Below, in pieces: positions 41,599 to 54,174 of a stretch of DNA of 64,000 nt. Source of the DNA: Octopus vulgaris (taxonomy: Eukaryota); NCBI GenBank assembly GCA_951406725.2, contig OX597816.1:79980001-80044000 (forward strand). The letters run 5' to 3'. The position numbers and the translations under genes are program-made. The notes under the pieces were generated by a model that was given only the letters and a program-made list of their open reading frames with translations, was not told where the DNA came from and searched no databases. How positions within the stretch are numbered: the first letter of the stretch is position 1; every line of letters begins with the position of its first letter.

Positions 41599-42658
41599 AT
41601 ATATATATATATATATTATGAATAGCAGTGAGATGTCGGGTTGTCAGTTATAACTGAGTGTGGATTTGTCGTGGTAATCAACAAATATAACTGTTTTCTT
41701 TTGTAAATATATTACCAGTTATAATCCTCAAGTTAAGCTGCGTTTATATGTGTATATATATAAATAAAAGTCGCTATATCTTAATGAGTTATTCGCGAGA
41801 GGTTTAGAGGTGTAGATAGATTGTTAGATGTAATAATAAATCGTAGCGGCGTTCAGCATGCATGTTGAAGGTACCGACATTTCACTAGCATGTTATAAGA
41901 CAGTTTAAATAGGATAAGAAAATGTTGTTTTTGAAAGCAAGGTGAAACTATCTATAGAAGTGAATTTAAGAAGTTATAATTATCATAAGAATGTCATTTC
42001 GTTTCTTCACTCTGGGTTGACTGTATTTTCTCGTGTTGACAAGATTGAGTATCTCTTCATAAAGGTGCATGTGAATAAATCGTTAACTAATTCATTTCCT
42101 TTATAATCATACAGAGTTCGTACAGATAATACCAAGAGAAGAAGGACTGGATTTAACACCAATCATTTATTTACAGAAATTAAAAATATATACAATGAAT
42201 TTATCACAACATAATAATGAGAGGAAAAATTGCAGTACATGTTATAATGAAGAAAAACATGATTTAAAAGAAATATGTCGTGAGAATGACGACAGGAAAA
42301 AGTTTCTTAGCTAGTTCTTCAAAACTACACTAAAAAGGTCATGAAGGATGAACAATGCAACTAGAATTGCCAGAATGAGTGACGAGGTCCCGAGTGGCAA
42401 ACCAAGTGTCACTAAATAATTTCCCCAAAACATCTGGGTTTTTTATAACGGCCGTAAACCTGATTCTAAGAATCTTTCTCCATTGAAAAGAAACTTTTCA
42501 CGAAGATTACAATCAATGTATGGTCTATGTAAAATAGACCAATGAAAAAGCGTAAGACTTTTATAAACTAAAGACAACCGACACGACTATGACGTCATTC
42601 TGCTGCTGCTGCTAAAGTCTTATAACCGCTACCATATGTACACATACATATACATACA

Positions 42659-42717
<59 letters not shown>

Positions 42718-42728
42718 ATATATCTATG

Positions 42729-42762
<34 letters not shown>

Positions 42763-42893
42763 TATATACACACATATATAAGTACATATATATACATATA
42801 AATATATTTATACATATATATACATATATGCATGCATATATATATATGTATATATGTATACATGTGCATATATGTGTATATATATATATATAT

Positions 42894-43396
42894 ATATACA
42901 AAGAAGTAAATATATGGCACAACGAAGTACCGATATTTACTGGAAATAGCGAACGTAATAATACGACGCTAATGTATAGCTTCACCGCGTATGTACTAGC
43001 AAAAATGCGTGAGTGCAACAAACTAGAAAAAAATTTGTCTTACCTCCAGGGAGAACATCTGAAAGATGAAATACCTAGAAAAGGATAATGTGGGACCGGC
43101 GCCGGTTTCAGATTTTTCAAGATATGTCTGCACCCATAAACTTGATCTATCTTCATCAGCCAAACATATACCACGACAACACTTCAGATGTTACCACATT
43201 AATGCCAATACACTCGACTGAAACGCCGAAACGCTAACAGCACGAGAACGGTGAAGAAGTTTCAATAAATTAGTAATGCAATACTAGAGTATTGCTTTCC
43301 AGTAAAGAATAGCCCGTGAGGGAAAAATATACAAAGAAGTAAATATATGGCACAACGAAGTACCGATATTTACTGGAAATAGCGAACGTAATAATA
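42894..43396 (-). mobile_element. 503-bp non-coding retrozyme-like/PLE pLTR element with 70-bp identical direct terminal repeats, in (TA)n
   Basis: 42894-42963 is identical to 43327-43396 (period 433 bp). It contains an intact hammerhead. Confidence 0.75.
43089..43166 (-). ncRNA. Type-I hammerhead ribozyme, intact core, palindromic stem III
   Basis: Minus strand: tgtttgg-CTGATGA-agat..tcaag...cttga..atct-GAAAC-cggcgccg-GTC-ccaca. Predicted cut between 43094 and 43093. Confidence 0.85.
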
Positions 43397-43400
43397 TATA

Positions 43401-43620
43401 CTAGTAGCTAAGCCCGGTTTCACCAGGTCGGTTTGAATGATATGGCTGTAAAACCTGCTCTGTGTAAGCATTCGACTTGTTTGGGCACGCTTGCGTTAAA
43501 AAAAAAATTAGAATGACATTTTTCTGTCAAAACGCTAAAATAACTGAGAAAACAACCAGGATTCAACCAAATCAAAAAATAAGCTCAAACACCTAGCGAA
43601 CAAAGATGAACTATCCCACT
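43401..43620 (-). mobile_element. Helitron 3' terminus (extent uncertain)
   Basis: Minus strand: hairpin CCTGGT-GAA-ACCGGG, 8 nt, then CTAG|T at 43401. Confidence 0.55.
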
Positions 43621-43635
43621 TCCAATGCGCGTGCA

Positions 43636-43677
<42 letters not shown>

Positions 43678-44006
43678 TACCCCCCTTTTATATACACACA
43701 CATATTCACACAGAGTTGAAATGCTCACCCCTTCCTTCTTTATTCATCTATCATCCCTTCCTTTCTCATTCATAAACGCAAGAGTATTATTATAGTAGAT
43801 TATCTCGGTAATCATGGAAGCTATGAAAAAATACAAAGCCCAGCATCACCACCGGATCATTATACACATCTGTGTAATTTTTCGCGCATTTCCATCCAGC
43901 CATTTGACCATGAATCCCAAGACAAGAAAGAATCGCCCATGTCAAATTTATATGTATAGTTATATACATATATATATGCATATATACACATATATATATG
44001 CATAGT

Positions 44007-44041
<35 letters not shown>

Positions 44042-44049
44042 ATACGTAC

Positions 44050-44410
44050 AGAGTTTGACCACCTCCTGTACCTACACCTTAGCACCATCATGGCGTCTGA
44101 TGTGGCCTTTTAAACCAAACAATATTCTGGAAAGGCACCTACCTAGATTGCACCTCTGATTTGGACCACCAATACCTGCAGATAAGTTCTGCTCTTTGTG
44201 GATCTTAACATGACTTTTGAGGCCTCCATTGGATTTGCAGACCTTATGGATTACACTGCATTCAAAGGTTTGCACAGACGTATAGTCAGAATAGTTGATG
44301 GAGGTTTGTTTTCCATGCATTCGCTGATGAGATTTGAGGCCAGCCAAAGACAGGCATGGTCAATTACAGACTGTGCACACAAAAAGGTCATTGTCATTCA
44401 CCTTCTCGAT
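44050..44410 (-). mobile_element. LINE (probably RTE) C-terminal fragment with tandem C2H2-like fingers
   Basis: GLKSHQRMH, CSVIHKVCKSNGGLKSHVKIH and GLKGHIRRH. Degenerate. Confidence 0.5.
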
Positions 44411-44453
44411 CGTTACATTCTTCCGTATATATATATATATATATATATATTAG

Positions 44454-45429
44454 GGTATGTAGAAAAATACAACATGGACAAGAACGTATAACTCAAGAAA
44501 ACGATACAATAAACACGGACAGGACATTCGAAACCCTCAGTCTTCAGTCAAGAACCGGATCATCGTAGTAATTTCGGCTGATTAATCTTGAGATTACTAG
44601 ATCACGGCCAGCCCTCCAAGAAAAACTAAGCAACGAGCATTAGAAAAACTAAGCCGGGAGCGTAGATTTCCTGGAAGAAGGATCGAATGCATACGGACAC
44701 CAGGACAGCAAAAGGGACGAATATAAAAAAACAAAAAAATAATGGAATACAGAAACATGAAATACAGAAGCATTAACGGTGAAAACAACAACAAGTGTCT
44801 TACGACTGATAACAAGCAAACAAATTTTTTCTCTGGCGCAAGGAAAGGAGCCTTATCGGCGATGCCTATAGCGGCGGACGAAAAACAACGATGTTAACAC
44901 GACGCTGGTCAGAAGCTGAAAGGCAGATTTCGGCCGGCAGTCACGTGACAGAGAAGAGAGAAAAGAAAAGAAAGAGAAGCAACGGAAGAGAGAGAGAGAG
45001 GAGGGACAAACGCAACAAAGAGAGAGAAGAGAGAGAAAGAAGGAATCAGAGAGGAGAAGGGATGGGTGTCGAAGAGCGACCTGTGAGTGCAGAGCGAGAC
45101 AAAGAAATAGGAGGGTAGTGGAAGATTAGACCAAAGAATCAGAGGAAAGAGAAGAGAAAAAGAGGATAAGTAGAGAGAGAAGGGGACAGATCAAGTAAAA
45201 GTGAGAGAGAGAGAGAGACAAACAAAGAGTCGTACCAGTTATTAAGAATATGTGCTCACATTAATGTTAAGAGGGTACGTGGCGCCTGGAATATATGTTA
45301 AGGTATGTAGAAAAATACAACATGGACAAGAACGTATAACTCAAGAAAACGATACAATAAACACGGACAGGACATTCGAAACCCTCAGTCTTCAGTCAAG
45401 AACCGGATCATCGTAGTAATTTCGGCTGA

Positions 45430-45434
<5 letters not shown>
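44454..45434 (-). mobile_element. 981-bp non-coding element with 133-bp identical direct terminal repeats, in (TA)n (PLE pLTR/retrozyme-like)
   Basis: 44454-44586 is identical to 45302-45434 (period 848 bp). (TA)n lies on both sides. A related fragment is at 54050-54174. Confidence 0.75.
44537..44607 (-). ncRNA. Candidate non-circularly permuted (pseudoknotted) hammerhead ribozyme
   Basis: Minus strand: tagtaa-TC-tcaaga-ttaa-tcag-cc-GAAA-ttacta-cgatgatccggt-tcttga-CTGAAGA-ctga. Stem III 7 bp, stem I 6 bp and stem II 4 bp are all Watson-Crick. Confidence 0.7.
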
Positions 45435-45488
<54 letters not shown>

Positions 45489-45534
45489 GTATATATATAT
45501 ATAGATATATATATACGCACACACATATATGTAT

Positions 45535-45565
<31 letters not shown>

Positions 45566-45954
45566 CACACATATGTATATACATATGTATAATAAAACAA
45601 GAGGACGTACACATGGAATGTATTAGTCCAACGCTCAGGAGAAGTGGAAAGAAGAGTAGGTTTTTAACACTGAACATAGCTTTTCGTCAGAAGGGAAAAC
45701 GGAAAAGTTCATATATACGCTTATGTATACACATACTGTACGTGTATTTTAATATGCTGACGTATATCGTATTTATATTCACCGGCACTCTCATTTATGT
45801 GTTTAGGTATGTGTTTTTATAGTTTACTCCAGTACTATCCAGGGAAGTACACTTATCACCGGTATATAAATTTACGACACCTTGATCTGTAACTAGTTTG
45901 ATAAGCGCTAATACATGAAACTCTCGGCCCTTCAGTCACTCTTGCTTCTGCTAA

Positions 45955-46006
<52 letters not shown>

Positions 46007-46044
46007 TCATGTTCTGAGATCTGTTTTTTTTTGCATCACCAAAC

Positions 46045-46099
<55 letters not shown>

Positions 46100-46382
46100 T
46101 AATATGGGTGGCTTATTAGCAATTTAACAACCTAAAGGCAAATTTATAGACGTCACTAAGGTGATAGAGTGTACGAAGTTGTACTGGCATTGCTAGAAAT
46201 AAGTCAAACCGACTCACTATCTACAACAGCACTATCTTAATGATTGACAAGGGAGATAAGCTCCCTTTGCAGACAGTCATATCATCGTGATTTCGAATTT
46301 TGGTGTAGTCCATCTTAATTCTCATCGGTGACTCTTACCGTGCCTAGGGTTAAACTCAGCTAACCATGTCAGTTTATAAGGT

Positions 46383-46495
<113 letters not shown>

Positions 46496-46504
46496 TAGTA
46501 CATA

Positions 46505-46729
46505 ATATCTTTTATCATTTACTGGTTTCAGTCATTAGACCACAGCCATGTTTAGTACCGCTATGAAGAAATTTAGTCAAAGAAATCAACCCCAGAACAT
46601 ATTTTTTAAGCCTCGTTTTTATTCCATCAGACTCTTTTGCCGGATCACTAATTTACGGGGGCGTGAAGACACCAACACCGGTTGTCAAGCGGTTGTAGAG
46701 GACAAACACAGACGCAAACACATACACAC

Positions 46730-46792
<63 letters not shown>

Positions 46793-46935
46793 TACGATGG
46801 GCTTCTTTAAGTTTCCGACTACCAAATCCACATATGAGGCTTTATTTATAGAAAAAGACACTTGCCCACGATATCCTGGTGTAAAACAGAACTCAGAACT
46901 ATGTGGGAGGGAAACAAACTTTTTATCACACAGTC
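46505..46935 (-). mobile_element. SINE family A, degenerate
   Basis: Collinear with 12470-12876. Confidence 0.75.
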
Positions 46936-47727
46936 GGAGAGATAGTGGAGGAGGAGGAGGAGGAGGAAGAAGAGGAAGAAGAAGAAGTAGAAGAAGAGGA
47001 GGGAGATTTTATGGTTTTGATCGGCGAGGGCTGAACTGGAGTTGGGTAATAATAGTGGGTTTTAGACCAATACGCTGAAAAACCAAGTCACTCGACTACC
47101 TGCAAGTTTTGAAAAAAAATTGCTTAGTCATTTTTCATTTCGACGAATCAATAACATAGATCACCCATTGATAGATGCATCTGATCAATAAAAATCAAGC
47201 AGGATCGATAAAGGACGAAGGAATTTTACGACATTGATCTAAAAACACACTCGCATACACTCACATATATACACACCGGTTTCTACAAAATACATAAAAA
47301 GTAAAAAATGTACATATATAAAATAAATTAAATAAAAGACAAATATATAAATGTAAAAGAGAAAAATAAAAGCGGAAAAAAGTCCGCAGCAAGAATTAGT
47401 GAATAACCAATCAAAAAAGCGATGGAAATTTTAAGGCGTTACAGCTATATATTTTTAAGTTTTATTATATTTGCTTCTTTTGATGTTTAAATGAATTTAT
47501 TATTTGATAGCGAAAACACACATTAACTTACCTTGATGTAAACGAATAAAAACAAATATTAGTAATTTTACATGAAAGAGAACTGACAACGAAATACAAA
47601 GGGAGAAAATACGAAATTGTACATGCATACCATATACACTCGCGCATACAAACACACATACAGGTTAACACAAACAGAAACACACACACACCTGTACATA
47701 CACTCAAACACACTAACATTATTCATA

Positions 47728-47773
<46 letters not shown>

Positions 47774-47831
47774 TATATTTATGTATGTATATATATATAT
47801 ATATGTATACATATATATGTATTTATGCACG

Positions 47832-47864
<33 letters not shown>

Positions 47865-48011
47865 ACATATATATATATATGTATGTATGCACACATATAT
47901 CTATGTATATATACATATATATATGTATACATATATGTATATATATATGTATGCATATATATATCTCTGTATACATATATATATATGTATACATATATAT
48001 ATATATATGGT

Positions 48012-48054
<43 letters not shown>

Positions 48055-48186
48055 CGTACATGCACAGACATACTCACACATACACATATTGTTGTTTATT
48101 GTGTATAAGAATGTGCCTGAATTATCATGCATGCGTTTATGTGCTGTGTGTATATGTATGTGTGTATAGATACATGTATATATACG

Positions 48187-48234
<48 letters not shown>

Positions 48235-48257
48235 TGAGTGAGAAAGAAAAAGCGATA

Positions 48258-48299
<42 letters not shown>

Positions 48300-48729
48300 T
48301 GTATGTGCATATATGTATTTACTTACATGTAAGTACACACCAACACACACGGCACAACTATGTGTAAGCATACATACAAACCCACAAATTTACCTACATT
48401 TACACATACATACTTTCACACATATACATATAGATATACATACACATGCGTACACGCCATACATACATACATACATAATAGACAGTCAGGTTACTCCTCA
48501 CATATAAGCTAATAAACGTTAGAATTTTCAATTTACGTATGATGTTAGAACTACAAAAGTCATGGTAGAAATAGATAAAGATAAAGCATTCAAGTAGTTT
48601 TTATATCATAGTCTGTCTGTAACTGAAGTAATCAAAGTGTATCAGTGTTTCTATCGCGACTTTTGTACCCAGAGGAAAACTGGCTTTTGAAACAGGAATC
48701 TTACTCTACTTGTTTATACAACTATATGT

Positions 48730-49020
48730 TAGACACACACACACACACGTTTATAGGCACATATGTGTGTGTGTGTGTAAATACATACATACAAACATAC
48801 ATAATTAGATACACACAAACGCACACACACACACACACACACACGTTTATACGCACATATATGTGTATGTAAATACATACATACATACATACATACATAC
48901 ATACATACATACATAAACACACACACACACACACACACGTTTATACGCACATATATGTGTATGTAAATACATACATACATAAACACACACAAACACATAC
49001 ATATATACACACACACACAC
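48730..49020. repeat. Triplicated composite microsatellite unit
   Basis: ACACGTTTATA(G/C)GCACATAT...GTAAATACATAC occurs three times. Confidence 0.8.
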
Positions 49021-49949
49021 ACTTCTTTTCCACATTCTTCTCTTACCATCATCCTTTTCTTCACCTTATTCTCTTCCCCCTCCTTCTCCTCCTCCTCTTC
49101 TCCTCTTCTCCCGCCTTCTTAAATCCATTAGACGATCTTAACGCTTAGGCTTTTGTTTTCCCAGTTACATGACTCAAGAACATGGTACAAAATGCTTGTC
49201 CAAGAATCTACGCTGCAAGATCGATCCTGAGACCTTGAGATAGCGAAGTGAATGTCTTACCAATCCCACCATACTAGCTATATTGTCATCGTACTAGTCA
49301 CCACGTCGATCACCATATCAAATTCCGTTTCAATGGCAAATACTATTTCTAGCAGTTTGGGCAAACACATACAGAAAACGTTGTTAGGTCGTTAGCTTGT
49401 TGCTAGAAGTTGGCAGTATAGGATTCTCTGTTTCATTACTGTAAATAGTCTGAAAATCGTTAAATGAGTGATTCATCTGAACTGCAAAGGAAAGTTCAAT
49501 TCTCTCTAAAAAAAAATCTTGCGCATTCGTTTAATGTAGTAGATCTCTGGTTCAATTTGAACCGAAACTGTTTGGTCTTTAATTGCGAAAATTTTCATAA
49601 ACACAAAGGATTTTTCTTATTGAGGAATGACATAGGCAAAAGTTTGCCCAATGAAATTACATATGAACTTGCCACAGATTTATTTCAGATTTATTCTGGA
49701 GCACATAAAAGAGACTATATCTGAAGATAAAGGAGAGAACTTAACAGGCTGGCTGAGTAACCGGCTGAATCTCAGGATTTTAACAACAGATCAGCATGAG
49801 AACTTTCATTACAAAAAAAAAAAAGAATGGAAAAGGAGAATGGGACATTGAGAAAATGGAATACAAACTATTCATTTGCCAATAAACAAAAGACCACTGT
49901 CCAAACCATCGCTCTACTTATCAAAAAACAAAATTCTCCTCAATAATGC

Positions 49950-51000
49950 TAAAGAAACGGCGAAGATTCTACAAAAGCCATACTACAATATTTATAGTGA
50001 TACCATTGAAGCTGATTTAGAAAGCGTCAAATAATTAACTCTAAGTTTATTATCTCCAAACATCTCGGTACGCCAAATATTATCGGTGTAATAAACCAAA
50101 TAAAACATTATCCAACTGTAATTCCGTATAGATTTCCGACTAATGTCCTGAAAGAAACCCGACATCAACTTGCATCTCCAGCTATTGGCTGAAGAAAATC
50201 CCTAGGCATAGGTTATATATCTAGTTGTTTTATAAAAAAAAAAAAAAGAAAAAAGAAAAAACGGAATTAGGTTACTCGCAACAATCAACCTTGAGAATTT
50301 GATGAGATCAAGAATAACTGATTTCATGGAAAGCAACAATTTTCCAAATTCTAGCCAGCAAAGCTGTCGATGTAACAAAATCTTCCTGACAGTTCGACTT
50401 TAGCAAGTCTTTCACTTGAACTGACTAATATTCTGTTGTTAAGATTGTTCAACATTGGTGTTCGTGGAAAATTGTTGCAGTGGAAAAAGTGCTTTTTGCT
50501 AAGCATACCCCATGTTGGAATTGATGGAATCCACTCCAGCTCAGAAAAAGTCCATAGAAGTGTTCCCCAAAGAATGTATTGGAACTAAATTTCTTCATAA
50601 TTTACATAAAAGTATCACAAATACCTTTAAACATGGCAAAATATTCGCAGCTAACTTTTAATACCCAGAATGATACCAATGGAAAAGGTGACCGAATAAC
50701 ATTTCTGTCTGGTTCACATGCTGTAAACTGACAAAAATTAACGCTATTAAATGGGGATAAAATCTGGACACATTCACTTTAGAACGGGGATGTGTTTAAT
50801 CAACAATGTCTCTTCTCGTAAGAAAATTGTTAATGGCATCTAACAACATCAGAGAGTTAGAAGTAATTGTTGACAACCTCAGGTGAAGTACTTTCATCAG
50901 CAATAAAGTTGATATGGCACGCACAATGCGTTTCTGGATTCTCAAAACACTGGTCCAGATGTTAGCATTCTTCTTTTCTCTTCCTTTACGAGGTCTCAAC
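49950..51000 (+). mobile_element. Highly degraded CR1/L2-group LINE RT relic
   Basis: Remnants resembling DFSKxF (about 50397), SVPQ...LFIIYI (about 50560-50610) and IFA (about 50641). Boundaries are vague. Confidence 0.45.
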
Positions 51001-51520
51001 TGGAATAAATGCTATGATGGTCATTAATTGTCCCGCTACCAAATAAAACATTACATGCATTATATAATTACGGGTTCGCTTCTAAGCATCATTTGTACAA
51101 TGTAGAAAATAAACCATTAGCGTTGACCAAATGATCATAACATTGCGTATTAAAATCACTAGGACTTGGGGACTTCGGGTCTCTATGTCGCTTACACAGA
51201 TCAAATCCACTACATTGTGACACAAATATCTTACTTTAACTGACCTTGCTTTAATTTACATTATTCTAAAGGATAGAAGAAAAGAAACACCACGTAACTT
51301 TCAGATGACCATTAAACAAATTCCTTCAAGAAATATCAGACAAGCAACCGGTCAAACTTGACTATAACTTCTTAGGCGAATAAGCTTTGGTGACTCAAAA
51401 CATGACCCTTCTTTCACTCGAGCCCATTATTTTAATCTTACTTTGGTTTTGGTGTATTTGCATTCGGCTGCGTAAGGCAGAATAATACTGTGAAAACCGT
51501 AACTTCCTTTCACTGTGAAT

Positions 51521-52410
51521 ACCCGTGTTTCCTGCAGAGCAGCGATATCGACGTTCAGTCTTTTGAGCTCCTCGTTGATGACTGCTATTTTCCTGGCGTC
51601 ACTGATGTCCTGAAGGTCCTGGGAGAGGCCAGGCATCATTGACGGGACATTCCAACATCCCAGTTTTAGAGCTAGTCTCTTTTTGATAGCTTTTCTATTT
51701 CTGCCTGGTACTGTAGTTGATGATCTGCTTGTCGGGTGTTCTCCTAATCCCCATGCATCCAACGAGGAAAGCAAGCCGTGACGGGACAACACCTTACTGA
51801 CTGAGGTCTGCCTAACTTGAGGCGGGTGGTAACTGTCCAATGAGACACGAAGATCTCTCCCACCGTCGGAAGCAACCCCTGGCGCCGCACTCTACGCCAA
51901 TTGAGTAAAGGCTTATAACAGTATCTGTTGCTTCCTGTGTTGTGTCGACACCAAATAAATGGCGAAGCTGGAGTGTCCTCTCTAGGTGCAAGTGTGCATG
52001 TTTAATGATGGCGTGGATGGATCTGAGCCTGGGCAATGTGGTATGGAGAACAGGTTGTTGCCCACGTAACTTGTCTCCCCTTTTCCACCTCGCTGACGAA
52101 TCCAAAGGAACAGTTTGGTGCCGACGTGGTCGCAGGAGCTGCCAGGACGAAGCTGAAGTCAACATCGAGCTGCCTTAAGAGCTCCGACTCCTGATTTTTT
52201 CGAGGTTTACTCCTGAAGCCTTCCATGTCATAAGGTATCCCGCAAGATGGCAGAGGTTTGAAATCAGGGTTTCCCTTCCCCCAGGTGGACTGCTTTCCCG
52301 GATTGACGAGCCTCACCTGCTCGAAGCAACTGGTTTTGAGGCGCCAGATACCCGCCTTTGCCCCTTCTCCCGTCAGTGGTAGCAGTTCTGACGGGTTTAG
52401 AAGCTAAACC
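51521..52410 (-). mobile_element. RTE-clade LINE 5' part (GC-rich 5' UTR + start of APE endonuclease)
   Basis: LKLGCWNV.SM...ARKIAVINEELKRLNVDIAALQETR, preceded by a GC-rich, hairpin-rich leader. Confidence 0.8.
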
Positions 52411-52766
52411 GCAATACATATACAATTACAGAACACAATATACAATATGTACACACACATGCTGAAAGACAATTTATACAATACGCACACTCAGCGTTTA
52501 AAATGCAATATATACAATACACACACACAAACACTCCACAAATACACGTAGTTGAATGGCCGTTGACTATGTTGTAGTTCCTTCGCCCTTTGACGGGTCT
52601 TATATTTTTGTTCCACAGGGTGTTCAACAAGCACCCACCTCACCAAGCAGGTCTGGTGGGGTTGCCAGTTTAGTCGCCGACAACCCAACCATGGAACAGG
52701 TTGTACTAGACTACATGGTACCAGTAGCACTCAAGAGCAACCTGACATGTTGGTATTAATTATTCC

Positions 52767-53170
52767 TTAATAAGCCTATTGGCTGTTTGTGATATCGGAG
52801 CCTGAACAGTCACTAAAATTCCATATACTACTTGCTGTGAGATTTGGCTGTATGCAACAACCTGACGTCTGATACGCAAGCAGCCAACAGGCTTATTAAA
52901 ATATATCTAATAGCGACGAAAGTATATTGATACCAAAAGACAATTCTTATATCCAACTTAAAGTGGATGTATTGTTATAGCATCGTGGAGAGAAGGGGCA
53001 CATCGAAATTATGTGATCTGGCAGTATAAATATACGTTCCTTTATGCACCATGTGTCCATATAAGAGGACCTTTCCCGGTAAGTAACGCAGTATTCGGCG
53101 CTCTAACAATACCTTCACCTTAAGCTGGATATAAAGATTGCTTTTGGTATTAATGCGGCTTCTGTCGCTA
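52767..53170. repeat. Two adjacent MITE-like inverted-repeat units
   Basis: 52767-52799 pairs with 52868-52899, and 52911-52966 pairs with 53114-53170 (both imperfect). Confidence 0.6.
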
Positions 53171-53304
53171 ATAATTATTGTACAGCACAGATCTTTTTAA
53201 ATATATTTACTTTATTTACAGTGCTTGGATTTAAGTTGATAAAACCTGTTCTTTCCTTAAATTATATTTCATTTCTTCCTATTTCTCTAAATTCTTGGCA
53301 CATG

Positions 53305-53460
53305 TACAGGAGTGACTGTGTGGTAAGAGGCTTGCTTCCCAACCACATGGTTCCGGGTTTGGTCTCACTGCATGGCACTTTGGGCAAGTTGTCTTCTACT
53401 ATAGCCTCGACCAAAACCTTGTGAGTTGATTTGGTAAGCGGAAACTGAAAGAAACCGTTA

Positions 53461-53499
<39 letters not shown>

Positions 53500-53742
53500 A
53501 CATATATATATTTGTGAGTGTGTGTCTGTGTCTGTGTGTGTCTGTGTTTGTTCCCTCTCCATTGCTTGACAACTGATGTTGGTGTGTTTACGTCCTCGTA
53601 ACATTAGCGGTTCGGCAAAAGACACTGACAGAATAAAGTACTGGGCTTAAAAGAATAAGTCCGTCCTGGGGTCGATTTGTTCGACTAAAGGCGATGCTCC
53701 AGCATGGCCGCAGTCAAGTGACTGAAACAAATAAGAGAATAA
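53305..53742 (+). mobile_element. SINE family A, full length, tail-to-tail with an inverted copy at about 53750-53990
   Basis: Head CAGGAGTGACTGTGTGGTAAG and tail CAGCATGGCCGCAGTCAAGTGACTGAAACAA. Confidence 0.85.
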
Positions 53743-53985
53743 CCGGTTTTTCTCCCTTTTTGCTTCAGTCATTAGACTGCAGCCGTGCAGCAGCACTACC
53801 CAGAAGAATTTTAGTCGAACGAATCGACCCCAGTACATATTATTATTATTGTCGATGTTGTTATTGTTATTATTTATTTATTTATTTGTAAACCCTGGCA
53901 TTTATTTTATCAGTCTGCTTAGACGAACTGCAAAGTTACGGAGATGTAAACATACCAAGACCAGTTGTCAAGCAGTGGTGGTGAA

Positions 53986-54049
<64 letters not shown>

Positions 54050-54050
<1 letters not shown>

Positions 54051-54174
54051 GTATAAAAATACAAAATAAGACAAGAACGCAAAACATCCAAATAGACGAT
54101 ACAAAAAACACGGATGGGTCATTCGAAGCCTTTAATCTTCAGTCAAGAACCGGATCATCCTCGCAATTTCGGTT
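54050..54174 (-). mobile_element. Diverged terminal fragment of the 44454-45434 element family
   Basis: Shares GACAAGAACG...ACGATACAA.AAACACGGA...ATTCGAA..C...TCTTCAGTCAAGAACCGGATCATC....AATTTCGG. Confidence 0.8.

Noticed and set aside
41640-42440. Possible highly decayed PLE RT on the minus strand (similar hints at 62300-62930)
   Set aside because: Motif remnants are too eroded to support without a profile search.
44072-44347. C2H2 zinc-finger-like ORF as a host gene exon
   Set aside because: The fingers are degenerate, lack TGEKP linkers and splice context, and fit a LINE C-terminus better.
45650-45945. Two hammerhead-like remnants (minus-strand CTGACGA near 45690; TTGATAA...GAAAC...GTC near 45900-45940)
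   Set aside because: Multiple core changes and weak stems make them too degenerate to call.
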